Below, piece after piece: positions 48,401-64,000 of a stretch of DNA of 64,000 bases. The DNA comes from Zygnema circumcarinatum SAG 698-1b (taxonomy: Eukaryota > Plantae > Zygnematophyceae): NCBI GenBank assembly GCA_037447605.1, contig CM074809.1, positions 3,834,689 through 3,898,688 of the forward strand, read 5' to 3'. Position numbers and translations under genes: made by a program. Position 1 is the first letter of the stretch, and each line of letters opens with the position of its first letter. The notes below the pieces were generated by a model that was not told where the DNA came from, did not search any database, and worked only from the letters and a program-made list of their open reading frames with translations.

Positions 48401-48678
48401 ACCCTGCAATCATCATCGAACTGAAGCAAACACATCTCAACATGTGAATGCAGCCTCAATTCCAGCCAGATGAACCTTTCTTTCACTTCTTTTCATCGAT
48501 CTTGCACGGCGGGAGTTGCATCTTTTTTCCTGGAAACCAAAAAAATGTTGAGCAAACTTCTGCAAGTCTTTGGAAGAAATGAGTTTACCGAAAACAAGCG
48601 GATGGAGAACGCCATTATGCAGATGAGGAGAAGCGTGAAGGCGCAGAAGATCGCCCCCCATGGCCCGTCCCTGGCCAT
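39444..48678 (-). CDS. STT3A: Oligosaccharyltransferase catalytic subunit STT3A
   Basis: Minus-strand exons 48589-48678, 47516-47578, 47244-47299, 46979-47050, 46562-46718, 46121-46216, 45613-45786, 45405-45491, 45154-45257, 44890-44985, 44102-44222, 43662-43742, 43375-43524, 42635-42889, 42275-42421, 41794-41980, 41330-41427, 41085-41164, 40706-40796, 39880-39975, tentative last exon 39444-39503. Motifs [35 protein letters not shown]; [18 protein letters not shown] and GYPSDD match the plant A-type. Confidence 0.96.
40396..40662 (+). repeat. 54-bp G-rich minisatellite, about 5 copies, within a purine tract of about 640 bp in an STT3A intron
   Basis: GATGAGGGTGAG recurs at 40447, 40501, 40555 and 40609, with two variants alternating. 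Confidence 0.9.
41437..41760 (+). repeat. 201-bp-period intronic tandem duplication
   Basis: AGTTCAAATTTG.AGAGAAAGAAAG.AAAGCACGAAGTTCAGAAGACGGAATGGTGTCCCCTCCCC starts at 41437 and 41638. Confidence 0.9.
44553..44878 (+). repeat. Degenerate interstitial telomere-like (TTAGGG)n clusters in an STT3A intron
   Basis: Runs of 2-3 TTAGGG units near 44553, 44690, 44767, 44810 and 44864. Confidence 0.75.
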
Positions 48679-49022
48679 GGCGGCCCTTAACCCTAAATGG
48701 CAGGAGGGAGAAGCGCTGACCACCTTCTCCGCCAGCAGCTCCTGCAAGGGCTTCCCTGCACTCCAAATTCAGGATTGGCATGTGTGAACGGGAGCCCACT
48801 CCGTCGATGTCTCCACTGAACACGATCATGTGTGAATAGGTTCGTTGAGTCTCACATCTTCGTACAGTATTGTACATTTTCGTACATACAGTACAGTACT
48901 GTACTGTACAGTAACTGATTCCGCACGTGTGAAAGGTACAGATGTTGTTTGCGTGTGGCCGTTGTTGGATCCATGTGTCTTGGCCCATCAAATAGAGTGC
49001 GCCCTTTTTTCTTTTGACCTTG

Positions 49023-49389
49023 GGTCCTTTGCGACCAGTTCCTCGTGGTTCCCCAAGCTGGGTTTGTCCATGTACATTTGATGGCATCATCGCCATCGTG
49101 AGATCAATGCCACATCTTTCCCATTGAGCATTTAACTCTCCTTAGGTCCTCGCATTAGGTCCTTTGCGCCCAGTTCCTCGTGGTTCCCCATGGTGATGTT
49201 GTCCATGTACATTTGATGGCATCATCGCCATCCGTGAGATCAACGCCACATATTTCCCATTGAGCATTCAACTCTCCTTAGGTCCTCGCATTAGGTCCTT
49301 TGCGCCCAGTTGCTCGTGGTTCCCCATGATGCTGATGTTGGCCATGTACATTTGATGGCCTCGCCATCGTGAGATCAATGACACTTCCC
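49023..49389 (+). repeat. 135-136-bp tandem repeat, about 2.7 copies, between the divergent STT3A and CLT2 genes
   Basis: GGTCCTTTGCG..CAGTT.CTCGTGGTTCCCCA starts at 49023, 49158 and 49294. Confidence 0.92.
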
Positions 49390-49812
49390 TCTGAATTAGG
49401 TGGGGTAGGGTGTGGTCCAATCCTTACCTCAAGACCGTCGTAGCGAAGGGGCCATCAGCCGTTGGATTCAAATTTTTCCATCATTATGGGCCGTCGATCG
49501 TTTTGCTCACGAACACCCGTTCCTTGGGCAGCAGCCGGCCGCTGGATTTTAACTCTGGTGGCGCAACTTGACCATTCCATGTGTGTGTTGTGTGTTCCAC
49601 CCTTCCGTAAAAGTTAATGTGATGTTCAAAGAATTGCAGTACAGTTAAACATGCGGCACAGGCGTCGTTCTGTCACATGGAAAGCCCTTCCCCTCCCTAG
49701 CGCAAGTAGGCTCCTCCCCTCTCCGGGCCGCCATCGTCCCTCCGCGCGCCAGCTGTTCGCCACGTGGCATCGCCGGTCGTGTACACGTGGCAAGCCCTCC
49801 TCCAGCCCGAGT

Positions 49813-52800
49813 ATGGCGTCGTGCCTCGCTCCCTCGTCTCCCTTCTGTCCGGCCGCCATAGATCGACCTTTGCGCTGCTCCTCCTTCGCTCCTTCCCAGA
49901 AGCTTCCTCCTGTCCGCTGGGAGGCGCTGCCTGGGAGGCTCCAACTCGCCAGGAAGCTCGCGCGAAGTTTCTCTCTCCGGGTGAATGCCATCGCTGGACT
50001 TCGTTCTTTTGGTCGGTTTCAGTCAAAGTTTGAGGGCGGAGTGGAAGGGAGAGGGACAGGGAGGAGTGCGAGAGGGAGAGAGGAGGCCAGAGAGAGCGTG
50101 GGAAGGCTTCGACGCGTGAGAGCGCAGGTGGAGGGCAATTTAACGGAAAGTAGCAACGACGGGGGCGTGGAGGTGATGGGGATGCGGTTGACTGGGAAGC
50201 AGATGAAGGTCAGTGTGTGAAGGAGCAGAGAGTGCTCTTTCTCTCTCGTTCTGAGTTTTTCTTCCTCTCCTCTTTTCCTTTTTACCTCTCAATCTCTCAC
50301 ATTCTCTCAGTATCCCCCCCTCCCTCCTCTCGTATGCTCCCCTCGCTTTCCTCCCCTCTCTTTTCTCCTCCCCCTCACCCCCTCACCCCCCCTCTCTCTC
50401 TGCTCTTCCTCTCTGTCTTTAATTAATTTGACGGTTTCCTTTCTCACTTCGTCTAGCCGATTAGATATTTAGGACTTGATTTTTGTGGAGGGCGGGGTGG
50501 TTCCATGCTGCAGGTGGTCAGTGCTGCCTTACTGACATGTGCCCTGGCAGTTTTGAACCGTTTGCTCTACAAGATGGCTTTAGTTCCATTGAAAGAATAC
50601 CCCTTCTTCCTTGCACAGCTCACCACTTTCGGGTATGATTCTTCTTTCTTACATATTTCTAGAGTCATCTTGTTAAATCGTTTTATGTTATTTGAATAAT
50701 AACTAAAGGAGTAAGCTTTGGGCATGTGAACGTTGGAGGGTGACTAAAACTTTATTCTGTCATATGGTTGTTTACGTACTAGGGTTATAATGTTGATAAG
50801 TGTGCTCTCCCACTCTCTCTCTCTCTCCCCTCCAAATCCCGTTTCCGCCTTCCCCCTTTTACGAACGGCTTGTCAAGTTGATTCTTGGAAAAGGAATTGG
50901 AGATGTACGTTCGTATGCTACAAGCCGGGCTTGAAGGTCGAAGAGAGAATGTGGATGTAAAATTTATCAATCGACAACGAAAATACACTTATCTCGGCAC
51001 TTGAAGTCTCACTTTCTTGCCTTCATGGGGATTTAGGGTTAGACACTTTTCGTGGTTGTCTCGGATTCAGGGTTTAGGGTTCAGCACTGACTGATGGGAG
51101 GGGGGCAGTGGGCGGCCATGGCAGATATGTGGGAGTCTACTTCACTATTCTCTTTCTCCGGTTTAAAGCCAACATTGTTACAAGAGAGATGTTAGCGCTT
51201 CCAAAGGGTCGGTTTGCCCTAATGGGAGGCCTTGAAGCTTTAGGGTTGGCTTCAGGAATGGCGGCAGCAGGTAAAAATTTATTATTATGCCCTTCCTTTC
51301 CGTTTTTTCTTTTTAAATGAAGGGGTTGATTTGATGTGTGAGATGATTGTGGGGGTGTGGGAGATGATATACAGCGGTGCTGCCCGGGGCCCTCATCTCC
51401 ATTCTCAGTCAGGTAGGGGAACCCTAAGAATTCTTCATGTTGTATGCTCCTGATATGTGCTGAAAATTATGCTTGCTTGATGACTGATTTGTAGGTTTTA
51501 TTCTATCTCGGAACTAGTCTTTGTTCTCCTTAAAGCGTGTGCTTGTGAGTGACATAGGAAGAGAAAAAGAGAGCGAGAAAGTGAGCGAGAGAGAGGAGAA
51601 GGGAAAGAAGCGAGGGAGAAAGATGAGGAGAGAGGAGAGGAGAGAGAGGAGGGAGGAGAGGAGCGAGGAAGGGAGGTTCTGCCCGCTGCCAATCCGTATT
51701 TTACTCTCCTCTCGTTGTTGTTCTTCGTTCAGCGTTTCTTAGTAATGATTGTTTTGATTTGTATGGTTTGGCCGAGCAGGTATTTCTTGTGTGGCAGCTC
51801 GCCTTCTCCTCTCTCTTCCTCGGAAAGAGGTACACTCTCCCACAGCTCGTGGGCTGTTTTCTCGTCATGGCTGGAGTCGGCATCGTTGTCTCCAGGTACT
51901 CTTTCTCTCTCTCTCTCTCTCCCTTCCCCTCTTCTCGCTCTCTCTCTTTCGATCTCTGTCTTCCCCCCCCTTGCCCCCTCCGTTTTAACTCGTCTACCTT
52001 TTCAAATGCGTTACTGACGCCCCTTTAACCTCCCCTCTCTCTCCTCTCCTTCTCTCTCCCCTCCCTCTCTCCCACCCGCTCTCTCTTTCTCTCACTCCCT
52101 GTCCCCGTCCCGTCCCCCCCCCCTCCCTTTCCACCCTTTTACCTTCACCTCACGCATTCCTCACACACCTTAATACCCCACAAAACTTCCCAAACAATCC
52201 CCAACTTCCATGTGTACAATAATACTCTCTCATCCTCCCCTTGTATTAAGAAAAATTTCCTCCCCTTTACTTTCCAGCGGAGGCAGTGCCGGCTCTGCTT
52301 TAGCGGGAGCGGGTCTTTGGCCACTTCTTCTCATAGTCTCGGCCGCTTTTCCGGCAGCTGCCTCCGTTTTGAAGGTGGGAAAGTTTTTCGAGCAAAAGGT
52401 GTTACTATTTGGTTTTTGTCTCCTCAGAGGTTTCACATTTCCTAAGCAAGCATGCGAATGCAGGGTCTCCAACAACAGTTTACTTTACAGTTTTTCTTCT
52501 TTTGAGGTTTTTTAAGCCGACATTGTCATGCTATTTTTTGATTTGCGCACGAAAGACAACCGCACATTACGGCACATTATTGGGTTAGCTTGAGCTGTGA
52601 GGGTGTTCAAGGAGTAAGGAGGAGCTGAGAGGAAGAGGGAGCGGGGGGGATGGGAGGGGGAGGGAGAGGGAGAGGGAGGGGAAGGGGAAGAGGGAGAGGG
52701 AGAGGGAGCAGATGCAGGAATGAGAGGGGGAGAGAGAGAGAGTGGGAGCGGGAGCTGGTGCAGGAGGGGAGAGGGAGAGCGGAAGGAGAGCGAGATTTCT

Positions 52801-54482
52801 AGGGCTGTCCCCTTCTTGAAGCTAATTTTTTTTATATATGGGCGCGGACTGCATTTTCAGGAGCTTGTATTCCGTGACGCTTCAGAAAGACTGAAGGTGT
52901 GTTTGAATATTCCCAAGATTAGTAACAGTACGTTTGATTTTGAGAAAGATACCGAGAGAGAAAGTGTGAGAGGGGTGGAGAGAGAGGGAGAGAGGGGGAG
53001 AGAGAGAGAGAAAGTAAGTGAGAGAGATTTCCTCAGTTAGCTGCTGATCAAAATAAGTACTAATCGTTTTGTTTGCAGGGTACAGGGCGGGAGCGTTGAT
53101 TTATTTGTCGTGAATTCATTCGGATCAGGCTTTCAAGTATGCCCTCAACCACTCTGTTTTTTTGTCCAATTAAATGTAAATAGCCAAAAGAATCATTTTC
53201 TGGGCCGTTTTGTACTTGGAAAAACCCACGGAGCTGACTCTTAATCTAATATAATATTATTATATTTAATAATTTTTTTATTATCATTATATTTAATCTT
53301 GGGAGGGGAGGGGTTTGGGAATGTGTTGCAGGCGTTGTTTATTTTTTTCATGCTGCCCTTGCTCTCAAGCTTGAAGGGAATTGAATTTTCGCACCTGCCC
53401 GAATATTTTGCAAGCGGAGCCGGCTGCCTTCTGAACTTCGGAAAAGTGGGAACAGGTTGGTCGCTGCCATCTTTGAAATCTGTAGCTTTATAACGTCTCT
53501 CCCTTCCTCTCTCTCTCTCTCTCTCCTGCCGTGCTTCTACCTCCCTCTCCGTCTGATTCCCTCTCTTTCTCTCTCTCTCTCTCTCTCCCCTTTCTCGCCT
53601 CCTCTGCCTCTGCGTCTTTCTCTCCCATTCTCTCCCTATCCGAATCTCTCCATCCCTCTCCTCTCCGCCTGTCTGCCACTCTCCCTCTGCAACTGTTCTG
53701 TCTCTCCCTCTCTCTCTCTCTCTCAAAGTTTATTCACCAGCTCTAGCAATTGTATGGACACGTGGCAGGCTGCGAGGGGGCCCCCCTCTTTCCCGCGCTC
53801 TATGTGGCGACAAATCTCGCGTTCAACATTTCTGCTTTGAACTTGTTGCGGACCTCTTCAGCGGTCGTCGCTTCACTCACCATCACACTCTCAGGTGAGC
53901 AAACTCTGTGGGGGGTCTGTCTGTCTGTCTGTCTCTCCTCTCTCTCTCCCTGCCCCTCTCTCCGCTCTCTCTCTTTTATCCCCTGCTTAATTCTCCCCTC
54001 TTCCCTCCTCTCTCTCTTCCTGTCTCTCTAATTCCTCCCCAATTCATCTGCCCCGCTCTCGCTCTCTCTCTCTCTCTCCACCCCCTGTCACTCTGCTTCT
54101 CTCCCATCTCCCTCACCCCCCTTCTCTCATCCCGTTCCTCTCTCTCTCTCTCCGCGCCTCTCCCCTGTCCCTCCTTCCCCTTCCCCTTCCCCCTTCCCCT
54201 TCCCCTTCCCCCTTCCCCTTCCCCTTCCCCTTCCCCTTCCCCTTCCCCTTCCCCCATCCCCCCCTCCCTCTTGACACACATCTCCTTTCTCGTGTGAACG
54301 CGGTCTGGTCCTGTCCAGTTCCTCTGACCATCGCGGCCTTCACCCTGCGCGGCCTCCCCCTATTGGGCGAGCCGGCCCCCCTCCCGCCCGGCTTCTCCCT
54401 CGGAGTGGCGGTCCTCGTGGCGGGCCTCGCCCTCTATAACGTGGCGGGGGCCAGGGCCAAAGCGGCCGAGAAAAAGGACTAG
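49813..54482 (+). CDS. CLT2: Chloroquine-resistance-transporter-like plastid thiol transporter (CLT2-type)
   Basis: Exons 49813-50208 (transit peptide), 50514-50632, 51125-51270, 51375-51412, 51780-51895, 52278-52374, 52861-52896, 53086-53136, 53332-53455, 53769-53894, 54319-54482. Motifs LNRLLYKMALVP, FFLAQLTTFGYV, LEALGLASGMAA, VDLFVVNSFGSGFQALF, GCEGAP, NLAFNIS. Confidence 0.92.
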
Positions 54483-54507
54483 GGGCGAGCCGGGGCTTGG
54501 GCTACTA

Positions 54508-54563
54508 AGGGTTCAGGGTTCAGGGTTCAGGGTTCAGGGTTCAGGGTTCAGGGTTCAGGGTTC
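54508..54563 (+). repeat. (AGGGTTC)8 perfect telomere-variant heptamer array in the CLT2 3' region
   Basis: Eight exact units starting 26 nt after the stop codon, with degenerate continuation to about 54620. Confidence 0.95.
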
Positions 54564-55055
54564 AGGGCTTAGGAATTAGGGCTTGGGCTAAGGGTTCAGG
54601 GCTTAGGAATAAGGGTTAGGCCCCCCCCAACTCGTATTAATATGTGGGTGCAGGCTGGCTTCAAACTTTTCTGGTTGCTTTTTGGTTAGTAAATTTTAGC
54701 CACTTCACCGACCTGATTCAAGAAGCCTTATTGATGGCTTAACATTTTTTTTCTTTTTTAAATAAGTGACGGCGTTTAAGATTTCAATACCTCATCAGAA
54801 ATCGTGATTTCAATAAATTATTAAGTTAAATTTCTGGATTGATTCGAGTTTTCTTCTTAAGACTGAAACAAAAAAAGGAGGGGTTCAGAAAGGGATGGTG
54901 GTTCTGCCACGTGACGTCAGACTTTGTCGCAGTTACGTCTTCCCTGATTGAATGCAAACCACACCGTACATATGACATCATCGTTTACAGGAGTTTCAGC
55001 ACCGTTGCACGGTTGGTTAAACGGGATCTGTCACATGTAGCTGGAAAAGCATTAG

Positions 55056-55106
55056 CCAATGGCAGTCATCCACGCCAGACTGTGTCACGTGGCAGTTCCA
55101 GATTGG
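55056..55106. promoter_or_regulatory. Inverted pair of ERSE-like CCAAT-N9-CCACG sites upstream of ADCS
   Basis: CCAAT 55056-55060, CCACG 55070-55074, 13-nt spacer, CGTGG 55088-55092, ATTGG 55102-55106; about 140 nt before the ATG. Confidence 0.6.
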
Positions 55107-55246
55107 TTCCATGTAATGCGGTAAAAACGGTCAATAGAGTCACATGCATTCACCCTTCATAAAGTCACATGTCCTCCGTAAAGTCAGGTGTATGCTACAG
55201 TCGAAGGCTCCTCCCTTCCTGTAGGGGAGCTTCCAAGGTCTAATCC

Positions 55247-62626
<7,380 letters not shown>

Positions 62627-63231
62627 AAATTCCGTTGAAACTGCGAAATTCGGCTCCTGTTAAACTGGTGGTTAGTATGTTCTCAGGAGTTTTCTTTGTT
62701 CCATTTTTTATTTATTATTATTATTTGTATTCGTTGCCAAAAGAGTCGCTGGTTTTTGCTTAGGAATGTGCGCGATGCGATATCGGCATTCCTCCTCTCA
62801 GTATATCGACATATATTGATATTGTCAGTATATTCGGTATAGCCCATATCGCAAGTATCGGTATCGCTGGTATCGAGACATCTTGTTGAAAGCGAACATA
62901 CGAAATTTTGTGGTGTGCGTTTAACCGCCTCGCAGGCACACCCGGTCCCAACGGTCACCCCCGGTCACTGCCGGTTGTCGTCCTATGTACCGTGCGCGTA
63001 CCAAATTCGAAATTACGTCGAGTGTTCGCGCGGGTCAGGCTGTACCATGACTTGTCGTTTTGTTCCGTACGTCCAGGTTGCGACGAATAATTGTCAGCTG
63101 TAAGCAGGCAGGCCAGGTTCAATGCAGCCAGAGGACAAAATCCATGACGGCAGGTGTGACGTCATCAGACACCAGGCCAAAAAAACACCTGAAATAACGA
63201 TGAGTAAATCCATTTTTTTTTCAAAAAAAAA

Positions 63232-64000
63232 GGGTAGTGGTATTTCCACCCCTTTTTTGGATCCAAACACCCCTTCCCGGCCGGGCAGATTTCAAAAGGG
63301 ATTAAAAACGGAAAATGCTTTTTTCACACCTTTTTGGAATCGATACCCACTTTCTTCCGTCGGCTGATTTTATTTTTGCTAACCAAGGAAAATGATACCC
63401 CGTCACCGCATTTTGAATACTGTATCCCGCCTNNNNNNNNNNTGCGTGTCAATCGCATCTGTCGATTTCCCTCGCAGATCGCACCACTGCAGATCACCGT
63501 TTGATCTGCAGCCGGGCCCGATCTTAGCGAATGGAAAGCGCCCACGAGTCCCGCCAAAGCCGGATCACACGTGCGAGTGCGCGCGTCCCTCGGCCCGAGA
63601 TCTCGTGCATTGTAAGCTTTCAGCCAATCAACATCTGCCACGTGTAAAAAATAGACGTGGAAAACGTTGATTGGTTCAAGATCTCAATGTACGAAATATT
63701 GAGTTCCTCAAAGTTGCGACCGTACGACATTCGTACGGACAAACTTTTGAGACATGTTTGGCGGGATACGTGGGCACGTGCCATTCGCTGTGACCGAGCC
63801 CGGCTGCAGATCAAATAGTGATCTGCCGTGTTGCGATCTGCGAGGGAATCGACGGCTGCGATTGACCGCACGCGTGAAAAAAAATTCAGGTAGGCGGGAT
63901 ATTCAAAATGGGGTGACGGGTTATTTCCTTGTTTCGCAAAAATAAAATCTGCCGATGGAGGGAGGGTATCGATTCCAAAAAGGTGTGAAAAAAGCATTTT
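63232..64000. mobile_element. Foldback element, copy 2 (same family as 37377-38203), truncated by the window edge
   Basis: Starts GGGTAGTG as copy 1 does and shares TTTTGGATC.AAACA.CCCTTCCCGG.CGGGCAGATTTC and the central region. 63935-64000 is approximately the reverse complement of 63312-63377. Confidence 0.8.

Noticed and set aside
49023-49389. CRISPR-like array
   Set aside because: The whole 135-bp unit is repeated with no unique spacers, the context is eukaryotic, and there are no cas genes.

Overview
Eukaryotic, intron-rich, gene-dense window. Protein similarity recalled from plant orthologues, plus three genes I do not know from angiosperms, points to a streptophyte alga or other early-diverging green plant; the taxon is an inference. 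I reconstructed exon chains by eye for RPS3a (5' end outside the window), IPUT1 (GT8, with a GC-AG intron), a bacterial-looking GAF/fRMsr gene, PEX6 (second AAA domain missing at an N gap), cathepsin X, an intronless GH5 endoglycoceramidase, an unidentified gene, a BAT1-type amino-acid permease (with a 2-kb duplication across a 10-N gap), STT3A, CLT2 and the PabA-PabB fusion ADCS. The best candidate for an undescribed system is a recurring inverted composite motif, CCAAT-N9-CCACG-N13/15-CGTGG-N9-ATTGG (two head-to-head ERSE-type NF-Y/bZIP sites). It lies near the centre of both copies of a long-TIR foldback element and also upstream of IPUT1/GAF and ADCS, with half-sites upstream of BAT1 and in an ADCS intron. 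Also notable: GA-microsatellite-derived in-frame insertions in ADCS exons, a G-rich 54/108-bp minisatellite, telomere-like tracts in introns and 3' regions, and GTAC clusters. No rRNA, tRNA or CRISPR array was seen. No database searches were run; family calls rest on remembered motifs.
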